Source: Bacteroidia bacterium (GTDB lineage: Bacteria; Bacteroidota; Bacteroidia; Palsa-965). Taken from it: 64,000 bases of DNA. A program made the position numbers and the translations under genes. The notes below the pieces were generated by a model. The model was given only the letters and a program-made list of their open reading frames with translations. It was not told where the DNA came from and made no database searches. Positions within the stretch are counted from its first letter, which is position 1, and every line of letters starts with the position of its first letter. Below are positions 1 through 10,564 of this stretch, piece by piece. The DNA lies in the NCBI GenBank assembly GCA_025454955.1, contig JALONL010000026.1, forward strand, positions 24 through 64,023, given 5' to 3'.

Positions 1-130
1 CTGTGCGGTGATAAAACTCGAAAAAAATTATCAACCGCCATTGGTTTTGTCATAGAAATCGCGCCCCTACGGGAATCGCGGGATGCCGCGCTTCCCGTGG
101 GTGAGTGCTCACGTTTGGCCCATTGGGATT

Positions 131-1786
131 TCAGGCTCCGAGAAGTTCTTTGGCGTTTTTCAGTGCGGCTTCGCCGGGTTTGCCGGTGCTGAGCATTTTG
201 GCAATTTCCTGTATGCGCTCGTCGGGCTGCAGGCTGCGGATGGCGGTTTCGGTGCGGTGTTTGGTTTCCTGTTTATATACAAACAGGTGGTTTTTGCCGC
301 GGCTGGCTACCTGTGGCAGATGTGTAATGGCTATTACCTGAAGGTTTTTGCCCATCTGCTCCATGATTAAGCCGGTGCGGGCGGCAATGTCGCCTGAAAT
401 GCCGGTGTCTATTTCGTCGAAGATGATGGTGGGCAGGGCGGTGTGTTTGGCGAGCAGGGCTTTGAGGCTGAGCATGAGGCGCGAGAGTTCGCCGCCGGAG
501 GCTACTTTGCTGAGGGGCTGCGTGGCCATGCCTTTGTTGGCACTGAACAGGAAGTTGGCTTTGTCGGTGCCGCTTTCGCGCAGTGTGGGTTCCTGCGTGA
601 GACTTACTTCGAGTGTGGCGTTGGGCATTCCCAGTTCGCGCAGCATTTCCTGCACGGCTTTTACGAGTTTGGGAGCCACGGCCAGGCGTTTTTTGCTGAG
701 CTGCGCGGCCTGTAATTGCAGTTTGGTGTGCAGGGCGGCGAGTTCGGCGGCGGCGGCGTTTATCTGTTCTTCGAGTGTGCCGGCTGCGGCTATTTTGCTG
801 TCGAGGTTGTGCTGTATGGCGAGGAGTTCTTCTACCGTTTTTACGCCGTGTTTTTGTCCGAGGCGATAGATAATGTCGAGCCGTTCGCTTAGGTGGGCAA
901 TGCGGGCGGGGTCGTGCTGCACACTGCCTTCGAGGCTTTCGAGCTCGGCGGCAATGTCTTTCAATTCAATGTGACTAACATTGATGCGCTCGTGTAATGC
1001 GGCAATGGCCGGATTGAAACGGGCAAGCTGGCCCACGGTGTTGCGCACATCGGTAAGCGCCTGCAGGAGCGATTGCTCGGCTCCGTCTAAGGTGTACACG
1101 GCTTTGTGCAGACCGCTTTTTATGGTTTCGGAATTTTCGAGGGTTTGGAGTTCTTCTTCGGCGGAGGTTTGCTCGCCGGGTTGCAGGCGGGCTTTGTCCA
1201 ATTCGTCGAACTGAAAGCGGTTAAACTCCAGCTCACGGCGCGAGGCGGCTTCCTTTTCGCGGAGTTCGTCGAGACTGCGGCTGAGTTTTTTGTACTGTAC
1301 AAAGCGGCTGCGGTATTCGTTGAGCGCGTCTTGGTGCCCGGCCAGCGAGTCGATAAGCGAAAGCTGGAAATCGGAATCGTTAAGCGTAAGCGTTTCGTGC
1401 TGCGAATGTATATCGACTAATTTTTCGGTGATGGCCCGCAGTACGGTAAGGTTTACCGGTGTATCGTTTATAAACGCGCGCGATTTTCCTTCGGGATTTA
1501 CTTCACGGCGAATGATGGTCGTTGCGGCATAATCGAGATCATGCTGCTGAAAGAGTGGTTGCAGCGAAAAATCTTTCACTTCGAAATGCCCTTCGACCAC
1601 GCATTTTTTACTTTTGTCGGAAAGTGCGGCTGCATCGGCACGCTGCCCGAGCAGCAGGCCCAGTGCGCCGAGCAGGATGGATTTACCTGCACCGGTTTCG
1701 CCGGTAATAATGGTGAGGCCGGGCTGGAAATCGATATCGAGCCGCGATATGAGTGCGTAATTGTTTACTGATAAATGGCGAAGCAT
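131..1786 (-). CDS. recN: DNA repair protein RecN
   Basis: N-terminal Walker A TGETGAGKS, long coiled coil, signature ASGGE and Walker B IIFDEID. ATG at 1786 (MLRHLSVNNY) chosen as start. Confidence 0.95.
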   Translation of the reverse strand: MLRHLSVNNYALISRLDIDFQPGLTIITGETGAGKSILLGALGLLLGQRADAAALSDKSKKCVVEGHFEVKDFSLQPLFQQHDLDYAATTIIRREVNPEGKSRAFINDTPVNLTVLRAITEKLVDIHSQHETLTLNDSDFQLSLIDSLAGHQDALNEYRSRFVQYKKLSRSLDELREKEAASRRELEFNRFQFDELDKARLQPGEQTSAEEELQTLENSETIKSGLHKAVYTLDGAEQSLLQALTDVRNTVGQLARFNPAIAALHERINVSHIELKDIAAELESLEGSVQHDPARIAHLSERLDIIYRLGQKHGVKTVEELLAIQHNLDSKIAAAGTLEEQINAAAAELAALHTKLQLQAAQLSKKRLAVAPKLVKAVQEMLRELGMPNATLEVSLTQEPTLRESGTDKANFLFSANKGMATQPLSKVASGGELSRLMLSLKALLAKHTALPTIIFDEIDTGISGDIAARTGLIMEQMGKNLQVIAITHLPQVASRGKNHLFVYKQETKHRTETAIRSLQPDERIQEIAKMLSTGKPGEAALKNAKELLGA

Positions 1787-1820
1787 AAGCAGGTGTAAAG
1801 TTACCTCGGGGATCAAAAGA

Positions 1821-1857
1821 AAAGAAGAGCAGTTTGGGGCTGCTCTTCTTTCTTTTT
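1821..1857. terminator. Intrinsic terminator downstream of sucD
   Basis: Stem AAAGAAGAGCAG / CTGCTCTTCTTT flanked by A- and T-runs. Confidence 0.7.
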
Positions 1858-1875
1858 CAACAATTGTTGATTGTA

Positions 1876-2760
1876 TTATGCAGTAACCTTACCCAGCACC
1901 TGCGCCATGGTTTTACCAATCTGCGCGGGCGACTCTACTACGTGCAGTCCGCATTCGCGCATGATGGCCATTTTGGCTTCGGCAGTATCTTCGGCTCCGC
2001 CCACAATGGCACCGGCGTGGCCCATGGTGCGGCCTTTGGGTGCGGTGCGGCCGGCGATGAAGCCTACCACGGGTTTTTTGTTGCCGTTTTCCTTAATCCA
2101 GCGTGCAGCTTCGGCTTCGAGTCCGCCGCCAATTTCGCCGATCATTACGATGCCCTCGGTTTCGGGGTCGTTCATGAGCAGTTCCACGGCTTCGCGGGTG
2201 GTGGTGCCAATAATCGGGTCGCCCCCGATGCCGATGGCGGTGGTTACGCCCAGTCCGGCTTTGGCAATCTGGTCGGCGGCTTCGTAGGTGAGTGTGCCTG
2301 ATTTTGACACAATGCCCACGGTTCCTTTCTTAAATACAAAACCGGGCATGATGCCTACTTTGGCTTCGCCGGCGGTAATTACACCGGGGCAGTTGGGGCC
2401 GATGAGGCGCACGTTGCGGCCGCGGAGGTATTCTTTGGCGGCTACCATGTCTTTCACGGCAATGCCTTCGGTGATGCACACAATTACTTTAATTCCCGCA
2501 TCGGCCGCTTCCATAATGGCATCGGCGGCAAAAGCCGGGGGAACGAAAATAATGGAAACGTCGGCGCCGGTTTGTGTTACAGCATCGGATACGGTATTGA
2601 ACACCGGACGATCCAGGTGCATGGTACCGCCTTTTCCGGGCGTAACGCCACCTACTACATTGGTGCCGAATTCAATCATTTGTCCGGCATGGAAAGTACC
2701 TTCGCTTCCGGTGAAGCCCTGTACAATAACTTTCGAGTTTTTGCTGACGAGAACGCCCAT
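1876..2760 (-). CDS. sucD: Succinate--CoA ligase alpha subunit
   Basis: [26 protein letters not shown] and phospho-His motif MGHAGA. Confidence 0.97.
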   Translation of the reverse strand: MGVLVSKNSKVIVQGFTGSEGTFHAGQMIEFGTNVVGGVTPGKGGTMHLDRPVFNTVSDAVTQTGADVSIIFVPPAFAADAIMEAADAGIKVIVCITEGIAVKDMVAAKEYLRGRNVRLIGPNCPGVITAGEAKVGIMPGFVFKKGTVGIVSKSGTLTYEAADQIAKAGLGVTTAIGIGGDPIIGTTTREAVELLMNDPETEGIVMIGEIGGGLEAEAARWIKENGNKKPVVGFIAGRTAPKGRTMGHAGAIVGGAEDTAEAKMAIMRECGLHVVESPAQIGKTMAQVLGKVTA

Positions 2761-3025
2761 ATCTGAAGTTTAGTTGAGTGCGATATTAAAACTGACCGGG
2801 CAAAAATAACAAATGCCCGCTGATCTGTGTTTTATTTCTGAACGATTTAAGATGCTTTGATCTAAAATCAGATTCACGCATGGCTTTTGTTCTTTATCAG
2901 GGAGTAGTATTAAGATAAAATTAATACCTGTTTCTATGGAGAAAATACCAGCGAACCGTTTATTTGTCCATGTAGATACAAATAATTGTATCTACATTTG
3001 ATCTGCTCAACAAAAATCCAGTCTT

Positions 3026-3862
3026 ATGATCAAAAAAGTACTTTTTCTTGCCACCGCCCTGATATGCGGTTTAGTGGCATTTGTAGGCATACAGCCTGCC
3101 ATTTCCAGCACCAGCGGTTCGCCTGCGGGCCGCACGGGTGCTCCCGGTGATAACAACGGTGCCACCTGCACGGGCTGCCACTCGGGCACACCGACAAACC
3201 TGCAGGGCATTATCACGCACAACATTCCGTCATCGGGCTATGCACCCGGATTTACTTACCAGATTACGGCCACTTTTGCGGCAGCCAACAGCACCAAGTA
3301 CGGTTTTCAGGCTTCACCGCAGGATGGTTTGGGCAACCAGCGCGGCAGTTTTACCGCCACCAACGCCACCGAAACGCAGATACAAAGTTCGGGCAAGTAC
3401 ATTACACACCGTACTGCCGGCACCGCTGCGCCCAACAATACCAAAACCTGGACCTGGAACTGGACAGCCCCCGCCACAGCCAGCGGCCCTGTAACCATTT
3501 ACGGCGCATTTAACGCCACAAACAGCATGAGCAATAGCAGCGGCGATCAGGTTACGCTTACCAACACCGGTCCCATTCAGCCCGATCTTTCGAGCGTGAC
3601 CGAAGCCCCCGAACTGGCCGCATTGCAGATTTACCCTGTGCCTGCACAAACCGAAATTATGGTGAATGCCGGTCGCGGATTTGCGGCCACTACCCTCACC
3701 CTCATTGGCATCGACGGCCGCCGGGTAAAAGAAATCAGCCTCGACGAGTTTACAGCTTCAGGTGTTACCATCGACATCAGCACTTTGCCTCAGGGTGTAT
3801 ATTTCTTATACTTTGAAACAGAAGGCAAAACGGCTGTGCGTCGTTTTATGAAGCTGGATTAA
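3026..3862 (+). CDS. Secreted Reeler-like (choice-of-anchor V type) protein with T9SS type A sorting domain
   Basis: Signal peptide, GxTGAPGD...CTGCH motif, WTWNWTAP, C-terminal IYPVPA...GVYFL...RRFMK. Confidence 0.75.
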   Translation: MIKKVLFLATALICGLVAFVGIQPAISSTSGSPAGRTGAPGDNNGATCTGCHSGTPTNLQGIITHNIPSSGYAPGFTYQITATFAAANSTKYGFQASPQDGLGNQRGSFTATNATETQIQSSGKYITHRTAGTAAPNNTKTWTWNWTAPATASGPVTIYGAFNATNSMSNSSGDQVTLTNTGPIQPDLSSVTEAPELAALQIYPVPAQTEIMVNAGRGFAATTLTLIGIDGRRVKEISLDEFTASGVTIDISTLPQGVYFLYFETEGKTAVRRFMKLD

Positions 3863-3881
3863 TGTGGCTTCGCTCCACGCA

Positions 3882-3920
3882 GCAAAAAAGCCTGCCCGAT
3901 ACCAGGGGCAGGCTTTTTGC
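3882..3920. terminator. Bidirectional intrinsic terminator
   Basis: GCAAAAAAGCCTGCCC...GGGCAGGCTTTTTGC between convergent genes. Confidence 0.8.
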
Positions 3921-3938
3921 ATTTTGATGCGCTCCGAT

Positions 3939-4955
3939 TTACTCGCCAAACTTGAGCAAAAACTCGGGGTTAATGGCTTTGAAAGTAAATCGTCCGGCGT
4001 GGAGGTTTTCATTCTCAAGGAATGAATTGTGTATTTCCTCCAACGGACGAATCACAATACCTTCGGCCCAAACCGTATCGGTGATGCGGCTTTTTATTAC
4101 CGACATTTTCACGATTTCCTCAATGTTATTGCCAAGCTGGTAATCGGTGGTAAGCACCGGCACCATTGGCAAACCAAGCGAATCGAGAAGGCTGGTAAGC
4201 TGTGCAAAGCTGAGGTAGCTGTGAGTGTCGATATCGAAGGCGTTGAAAAACTTAACTGTCTGGCCTTTGAGCCGGAGTTTGTTGCTTTGTATGCCTTCGC
4301 CCACAAGTTCGCCCTGAAGAGCGATGTTTTTGCCAAGCGTGCGTATTTTCTCCTCGATATTCATTTCGCGGGCCACTTTCCAGAAACTGTTTGTGCTGTC
4401 TTCAAGCAGTTCGAGGTTTTTGCTGCATACGCCAAATTCGCCGTCTTTAATAAAGTACGTGGCCGAACTTCCGTCGAGTTTTTCGGTAATGTAGCAGGCC
4501 GTGCCCTGGTATTTGTCCAACACGGTCTGAAGCACCTGCACACGGGTTTCGTCGGTTTTGGGAATGAAGCCGGGGAACCGTCCTTTGGCCACACCGCTAA
4601 GGCTGGCGGGCATGGGCGGGTCGTATTTGGTTATTCCCAGCACTTCGGTGCAGTCGGCATCTTCGGCTATTTCAAAGCCTTGGGGCAAAAGCGATAAGGG
4701 AAAACAAATGCCTTGCGAAATTTGTCCGCGAAGCCTTGCCGTTTTTATTCTCATGCCTCGCGGACGGAGAAATTCAAACTCGGGTTTGTTGGGCATCTGA
4801 CTGTCGATTTCGCAGTACACGGCCAGGTCGCCCACCCGAAACTCGCCTTTCTTCACAACAAGCTGCCAGCCGAGTACGGTGGCTTTTTCAATGGCATCGG
4901 CCCCTTCGATGGGCTCCAATGACTTAATTCTCTGGATACTAGCCAGTTTACGCAT
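3939..4955 (-). CDS. ATP-dependent RNA ligase, DRB0094-like (Rnl2/Rnl5 type) with N-terminal OB domain
   Basis: MRKLASIQRI...IEGAD N-terminus; nucleotidyltransferase motifs EKLDG, LQGELVG, EGIVIR, FKAIN. Confidence 0.88.
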   Translation of the reverse strand: MRKLASIQRIKSLEPIEGADAIEKATVLGWQLVVKKGEFRVGDLAVYCEIDSQMPNKPEFEFLRPRGMRIKTARLRGQISQGICFPLSLLPQGFEIAEDADCTEVLGITKYDPPMPASLSGVAKGRFPGFIPKTDETRVQVLQTVLDKYQGTACYITEKLDGSSATYFIKDGEFGVCSKNLELLEDSTNSFWKVAREMNIEEKIRTLGKNIALQGELVGEGIQSNKLRLKGQTVKFFNAFDIDTHSYLSFAQLTSLLDSLGLPMVPVLTTDYQLGNNIEEIVKMSVIKSRITDTVWAEGIVIRPLEEIHNSFLENENLHAGRFTFKAINPEFLLKFGE

Positions 4956-4977
4956 AAATAAAGTATTAAAGGGTTAA

Positions 4978-5340
4978 TTAATGAACGGCTGTGGAAGCCG
5001 GGGTTAATTGGCGCAAAAGTAATCTTTCCCGCAAAAATAAAAACAGGAGAAACCCAAAGGCAAAACCAATTCCAAACACAAGCACCAAACACACCCACCA
5101 GAATTTCATTTTCAGTCTTATGCCTTCGAAGATCATAAATGCAGAACCCGCCACTGCCCCTGTCCAGAAATCAAACGTAATGCTTCGCGCATAATAATTG
5201 TTTGTCCAGGTGCTTTGCACGAATGCGGTTACATCAAAACTTCCTCCGGCCTGCATCATGCCCAGCATTACGTGGTAAAAGGTGATTCCACCACCGGCTA
5301 TGGCGAGGAGGAGGTAAAAGTATTGGAGGTATTGGCGCAT
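4978..5340 (-). CDS. Small membrane protein (DUF2834-like)
   Basis: Three hydrophobic helices, ITFDFW, ends FLLFLFLRER. Confidence 0.6.
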   Translation of the reverse strand: MRQYLQYFYLLLAIAGGGITFYHVMLGMMQAGGSFDVTAFVQSTWTNNYYARSITFDFWTGAVAGSAFMIFEGIRLKMKFWWVCLVLVFGIGFAFGFLLFLFLRERLLLRQLTPASTAVH

Positions 5341-5724
5341 GAGAAAAAGTGTAAAACTGAAGCAATTTTTATCCCGAATTTCCCCAAAGGTATATCCTCA
5401 AAATGCCTTTTTTACGCTTCCCGGCAATTTTCAGGCGAAAAAAATGCATCATCCCAAAAAATCATAAACAACTGTATTCCAAATAAATAATATGCGTACA
5501 AACATTTACAAATGTTTATTGTCGAAAGTAAACGCTTAAAACTTGCATCACCTCAAAAAACCCTCACACCTTTGCACCGTCGAAACCAACGAACTGCTTT
5601 CCGGAACAGTACAGGCAGCGAAATGGGAAGACACACGGATTCAACGTTCTTTTTTTTCTGTTACACATTTTCACGTTACACAATTATTTCACCTTACCCA
5701 TTATTTTTTTCAAGCAAGCATCGT

Positions 5725-6093
5725 ATGAACAGGATTTTAACCGAAAACGAAGTTACCATTACCGGATTTGCAGCCATAGCACCGGTAATCAAAAAACTCG
5801 ACAATGGTATGCAGGTGGCACGTTTGCCCATTGCACACCACAGCATGGCCAGCAATGGTCAGCGCCGCACACACTGGTACACCATTGTACTCTGGAACGA
5901 ACTGGCGGCAATAGCCGTGCAGAAAATAAGCAAGGGCGATTTTATCGGGTTCCGCGGCAAGCTCAACACCCGTGAGTTTGAAGGTAAGCACAACATTACC
6001 TACCGCATTACCGAAATACTTGCCTCGCAGTTCTGGACAAACCAGGAAAAAGTGCAGGATCCGAACCAGCTTCAACTGCGCCTGGCCAGTTAG
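5725..6093 (+). CDS. ssb: Single-stranded DNA-binding protein paralog 1 (OB fold, no acidic tail)
   Basis: NEVTITG...THWYTIVLWNELA...KGDFI.FRGKLNTR...TEILA. ATG at 5725. Confidence 0.8.
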   Translation: MNRILTENEVTITGFAAIAPVIKKLDNGMQVARLPIAHHSMASNGQRRTHWYTIVLWNELAAIAVQKISKGDFIGFRGKLNTREFEGKHNITYRITEILASQFWTNQEKVQDPNQLQLRLAS

Positions 6094-6254
6094 TTGCGGC
6101 AACGACTTTCGGGAAGACGTACACAGCCTGAACCGTTGTGCTTCCTGCTCACATTCACCTTTCACTATTCAACTTTCAATTATTTACACCATCCGCTCAG
6201 TGCAGCGGAGCAGATTTACACATTCTTAATTATTCACTTTTTACACTTTACAAA

Positions 6255-6611
6255 ATGGAAAACCAGACCAAAACAACCACCTTACCCGTAAACCTCGTTG
6301 AACTGAACGGCCACCTCGGCGGCGATCCGCAGCTTGTGGACATGAAAAGCGACTACAAAAAAGTACGTGTTTCGATGGCTCAGAATGTGTATACCCAAAG
6401 CGGACGAACCACACAATGGTTTACACTTATTGCCTGGGGCGAACTGGCCGAAAAAATGGTGGAACAACTCCGCAAAGGCGATATGATTCTGTGCAAGGGG
6501 CGCATCCTGATCCGCGATTACAAAGACAAGGAAGGCCAGACACGCACTGCCACCGAAATTGTGCTGAACAGTTTCAGCTTATACGCTGCAGAACTTCAAA
6601 AGGCCGGTTAA
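6255..6611 (+). CDS. ssb: Single-stranded DNA-binding protein paralog 2
   Basis: NLVELNGHLGGDP...TQWFTLIAWGELAE...LRKGD...GRI..RDYKDKEGQTR..TEIV. ATG at 6255. Confidence 0.88.
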   Translation: MENQTKTTTLPVNLVELNGHLGGDPQLVDMKSDYKKVRVSMAQNVYTQSGRTTQWFTLIAWGELAEKMVEQLRKGDMILCKGRILIRDYKDKEGQTRTATEIVLNSFSLYAAELQKAG

Positions 6612-6698
6612 TACCGGCTTTTTACTCCCGAAAATCAATTTTTTCTCCTTTCACTTTTACACTTTCTTATTTATTCAATCACATTTATTTTTTCAAAA

Positions 6699-7061
6699 AT
6701 GGACACACAAGCTCTCTCAAAACCCCGCATCAAGCGGCTTAACAACGTGGAAATTAACGGCCACATTGGCAATGAAGTGGAAATGATTACCACCAATGGC
6801 GGAAAAAAAGTAGTACGCCTTTCCATTGCCCAGCATTTCTTCCGCAACTCGAAAAAAACCACCTGCTGGTACAATATACTGGGCTGGGAAGAAGTGGCCG
6901 AACAAATGGTGGCCAAACTGAAAAAAGGCGATCTGGTGGTTATCAAAGGCAAACTCATTAGCCGCGTTTACACCGACACGTTCAACCAGAATCGGCAGGT
7001 ACACGAAATTGTGGCTCACGAATTTTACATCGAACCCGAATGGTTAAAACAGGCCGGATAA
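6699..7061 (+). CDS. ssb: Single-stranded DNA-binding protein paralog 3
   Basis: NNVEINGHIG...WYNILGWEEVAE...LKKGDLVVIKGKL.SR.Y.D...EIVA. Confidence 0.85.
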   Translation: MDTQALSKPRIKRLNNVEINGHIGNEVEMITTNGGKKVVRLSIAQHFFRNSKKTTCWYNILGWEEVAEQMVAKLKKGDLVVIKGKLISRVYTDTFNQNRQVHEIVAHEFYIEPEWLKQAG

Positions 7062-7231
7062 GCGGCCAGCAATGAACGTCGCTTACTGTTTAACTGTTAC
7101 AATACTTTACAAAAACCTCCGCAATTTTTCACTTTATCACTCCCTTCCCTGCAAGGAGTGCGGGGAAGGGATAATTTTCACACTGTACTTTTTATTCTAT
7201 TGTTATTCATTTTACTTATTTACTCTACACT

Positions 7232-7630
7232 ATGAACACCACCATCATTCACACCGAACCCCGTCTTTCGCCCCTTATCCACAACAAAGCCGTTATTTCG
7301 GGCAATCTGGCCAAAGATCCGTTTCGTGTTAATCTGAAAAACGGCAACACGCTGGTAAACATTACCATTGTGCAGCACCAGATTATTAACGGACGCAAAC
7401 AGCGCCACTGGTTCAGAATAAACATACAGGGCGAAATGGCCAACGATGCTTACGAAATGCTGCGCAAAGGCGACCGGGCCGGATTTAGCGGTATGCTGGT
7501 GAGCCGCAATTATCTGCGCGACGATAACCGCGAGTTTCACATCATGGAGCTTGAAGCGCATGAGTTCTGGCTTGAGCGGAAATGCCTTCGCAATTGTGTG
7601 GATGCCGATTTTATTGAGATAATCGACTAA
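7232..7630 (+). CDS. ssb: Single-stranded DNA-binding protein paralog 4
   Basis: NKAVISGNLAKDP...HWFRI...LRKGD...GMLVSRNY...ELEAHEF. Confidence 0.8.
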   Translation: MNTTIIHTEPRLSPLIHNKAVISGNLAKDPFRVNLKNGNTLVNITIVQHQIINGRKQRHWFRINIQGEMANDAYEMLRKGDRAGFSGMLVSRNYLRDDNREFHIMELEAHEFWLERKCLRNCVDADFIEIID

Positions 7631-7805
7631 GCGGTTGTTTGTTTACACTGCATCAGGGCGGAAGGTTTATTGAGTTAAACTTTCCGCTTTTTCATTTTCA
7701 CCCCGCTGCCGCGCATTTCCGGTTTGCAGACAAAAAAAGCCGTTTGGCTGATTGGTTTTGCGGCAAAGCGCCGGGTTGCCTTACTTCGCTGCAAAAGAAA
7801 AATGT

Positions 7806-8714
7806 ATGCAGTATGCGGTAGAAACAAACGGATTAACCCACCATTTCGGCCGGGGCGTGCCCATTCCCGACAGGCTGGATATGCGTGTGCCGGCCGGAAG
7901 CATTTACGGGTTTCTGGGCCAGAACGGCGCGGGCAAAACCACGGTGCTGCGCCTGCTGCTGGGTTTGCTTCACATGCACAGCGGAAACATACGTGTGCTG
8001 GGGCACGATCTGGCGCAGGGGCGTTTGCCCATACTCCGGCATACAGGTGCGCTTATTGAATCGCCGGCGTTTTATGCGCGGCTTACGGCGGTGGAAAACC
8101 TGCGTGTGCTGCAACAATGGCGAGGTGTGCCGCAAAGCCGCATTACCCATGTGCTTGAGCTTACCGGGCTGGCCGATACGGGCAACAAAAAACTTTCGCA
8201 GTTTTCGCTGGGCATGAAACAACGGCTTGGCATTGCGGCGGCTTTGCTGCATAGTCCGCAGTTGCTAATTTTAGACGAGCCCACCAACGGACTCGACCCC
8301 GGCGGCATGATTGCCCTGCGCGAACTGCTTTTGCGTTTAAACCGCGAGCAGGGCATTACGCTCATCGTATCAAGTCATTTGCTGGGCGAGATTGAAAAAT
8401 TAGCCACCCACGCCGGTGTGCTGCACCAGGGGCGTTTGCTTTTTCAGGGGCCGGTGAGCGAACTTCAGCAACGCCGCATACAACAGGCCACCGCCGAAAC
8501 CAGCAGCAACGAACAGGCCCTGCGCATAGCCGTAAACGCAGGTTTCGATGCCACATTGCAGGGCGGAATCATTCACATTAATTCGTGCAGCCGACAGCAA
8601 TTGGCTTTGCTTAATGCGCAGTTTCATGCCGCTGGGCTTGAGGTGTATCACCTCTCGGCAGCAGCAGGCGATCTCGAATCGGTATTTCTTCAACTCACCC
8701 ATTCACAAGTATGA
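7806..8714 (+). CDS. ABC transporter ATP-binding protein (BcrA/lantibiotic-immunity type)
   Basis: GQNGAGKTT, FSLGMKQRLG, LILDEPTNGLDP, SSH. Confidence 0.9.
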   Translation: MQYAVETNGLTHHFGRGVPIPDRLDMRVPAGSIYGFLGQNGAGKTTVLRLLLGLLHMHSGNIRVLGHDLAQGRLPILRHTGALIESPAFYARLTAVENLRVLQQWRGVPQSRITHVLELTGLADTGNKKLSQFSLGMKQRLGIAAALLHSPQLLILDEPTNGLDPGGMIALRELLLRLNREQGITLIVSSHLLGEIEKLATHAGVLHQGRLLFQGPVSELQQRRIQQATAETSSNEQALRIAVNAGFDATLQGGIIHINSCSRQQLALLNAQFHAAGLEVYHLSAAAGDLESVFLQLTHSQV

Positions 8715-9487
8715 AACCTTTTTTCATCCGCCTGCTTTTTGCCGAGTGGCTTAAACTGAGCCGCAGTGCGGCCTTGTGGCTTACGCTGGCCGGTGCGGCA
8801 ATTATTCCGGTCATAAAAATGATCGAAGCTTTTGTGCGCCCCGAAAACTTTGCACAACACACCGCACACCCCGCATTCTGGCCTGCGTATTACAATGAAT
8901 GCTGGCAGTTTATGAGCATGTTTCTGCTTCCGCTCGGCATTATACTCATTGTATGCATGATGTTTCAAACCGAACACAGTCACGGCGGCTGGCGACAAAT
9001 GCACTGGCAGCCTGTGCCGGAGGCCGCACTGTTTCTGGGCAAACTGGGCATGGTGGTTTTGCTTTCCCTTATTTTCTGGGTGGTGTTTACGGCCGGAATA
9101 TGGATCAGTGCCATGCTTCCGGCTGCACTCATGGGCGGGGCGGGTTTTCCGCAGGGTAGTTTGTTTACCGGCAGTTATTTCGTGCGCAGTGCTTTGCTTA
9201 TGCTGGCTGCATGGCCGGTAATATCGCTGCAATTTGTGCTGGGCATGATGCTGCGCAATTTTTTGTTGCCCGCTGGCATTGGTATTGCGCTGTTTGTGTC
9301 GGCGCTCATTGCCATACAATGGCAGTACGGGGCCTTCCTGCCCTACACCTGGCCTGCGCTGGAGTTTATACAGCAAAAAGTAAATGCGGCAAAGTATTAC
9401 CACCTGCACTGGCTGCCTTACGCCTACTCGGCTTTGTTTCTGGCCGCAGGCTATGTATGGTATCGTTATCGTGCAATTAAAGATTAA
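8711..9487 (+). CDS. ABC-2 type transporter permease
   Basis: AEWLKL N-terminus, about six TM helices, overlaps the ATPase stop. Confidence 0.8.
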   Translation: MKPFFIRLLFAEWLKLSRSAALWLTLAGAAIIPVIKMIEAFVRPENFAQHTAHPAFWPAYYNECWQFMSMFLLPLGIILIVCMMFQTEHSHGGWRQMHWQPVPEAALFLGKLGMVVLLSLIFWVVFTAGIWISAMLPAALMGGAGFPQGSLFTGSYFVRSALLMLAAWPVISLQFVLGMMLRNFLLPAGIGIALFVSALIAIQWQYGAFLPYTWPALEFIQQKVNAAKYYHLHWLPYAYSALFLAAGYVWYRYRAIKD

Positions 9488-9499
9488 ATTCGGACACTC

Positions 9500-10564
9500 A
9501 TGCGCAAAACGGTTGTCATACTTCTGCACGCAGGCTACTGGATTATGTTCCTCTTGCTGCTCACGCTCATGCTGGGCATGTTGCTACCTGCCTTTACCGA
9601 AATGCGCGAGCCAGGCGAACACGATCTTTCGAAAATTGCACAGCAGTGGTTTACGCTCATGACCGGGATGATGATTGTACCCGGTGTGCTGAGTTTTTAT
9701 GTGAACTATTTCTGGGTATTCAACCGCACCGTGAAGCCGCGTAAATGGTGGCTCATGATTGCCGCCAAACTTTGCATTGCCATTGTGTGCGGACTTACAG
9801 GAATTGGGGTAATGTGGCTGTTGCAGATAGAATTGCTGCACAATCAGGATATCTGGGGGCTGCTGTTTATTATATTTCTCATTTCGTTTGAGGCGTTCAT
9901 CAACGGAATTATCGGTTTGGTAATGCGCGGTTTCATTGGCTGGTTTGAGGAAAATAAACGCAACGAGGAACAGCAGCGGCAGAATACCGAAATGGAACTG
10001 GCGCTGATTCGTTCGCAGCTTAATCCGCATTTTCTGTTTAACACCATCAACAACATCGACGTGCTCATAGCCAAAGATCCCGTCACGGCTTCGGCCTATC
10101 TCAACCGGCTTTCGGGCATTTTGCGTTATTTGCTTTACGAGTCGCCGCAGGCACTTACACCGCTCGATCACGAGTTGAAGCAATTAGACGATTACATTGC
10201 CCTTCAGCGCATCCGTTCGGTAAATCCCGATTTTATCCGTTGCACGGTAAACGGACAAACCGCCGGTCTGCGCATTGCGCCAATGGTGCTGCTGCCTTTT
10301 GTGGAAAATGCGTTTAAGTATGCCACCAACAAAAAGCAAAGCGAAGCCGTAAGCATACAAATTTCCATACACAACGAAGTGCTCGAATTCCGTTGCAGCA
10401 ATTATTTCGACGCCTCACACACCGGCGAAAGCAGCGGCGGGCTGGGCAACAAACTCATACACCGCCGTCTCGAACTCCTTTACCCCGGCACGCACCAACT
10501 ACGCATTACGCCCGAAAGCGGGCACTATGTGGTACATTTAACCCTCACACTGAGCCGCGCATGA
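9500..10564 (+). CDS. LytS/YehU-family sensor histidine kinase
   Basis: TM region, then SQLNPHFLFNTINNI and LLPFVENAFKY. Confidence 0.92.
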   Translation: MRKTVVILLHAGYWIMFLLLLTLMLGMLLPAFTEMREPGEHDLSKIAQQWFTLMTGMMIVPGVLSFYVNYFWVFNRTVKPRKWWLMIAAKLCIAIVCGLTGIGVMWLLQIELLHNQDIWGLLFIIFLISFEAFINGIIGLVMRGFIGWFEENKRNEEQQRQNTEMELALIRSQLNPHFLFNTINNIDVLIAKDPVTASAYLNRLSGILRYLLYESPQALTPLDHELKQLDDYIALQRIRSVNPDFIRCTVNGQTAGLRIAPMVLLPFVENAFKYATNKKQSEAVSIQISIHNEVLEFRCSNYFDASHTGESSGGLGNKLIHRRLELLYPGTHQLRITPESGHYVVHLTLTLSRA

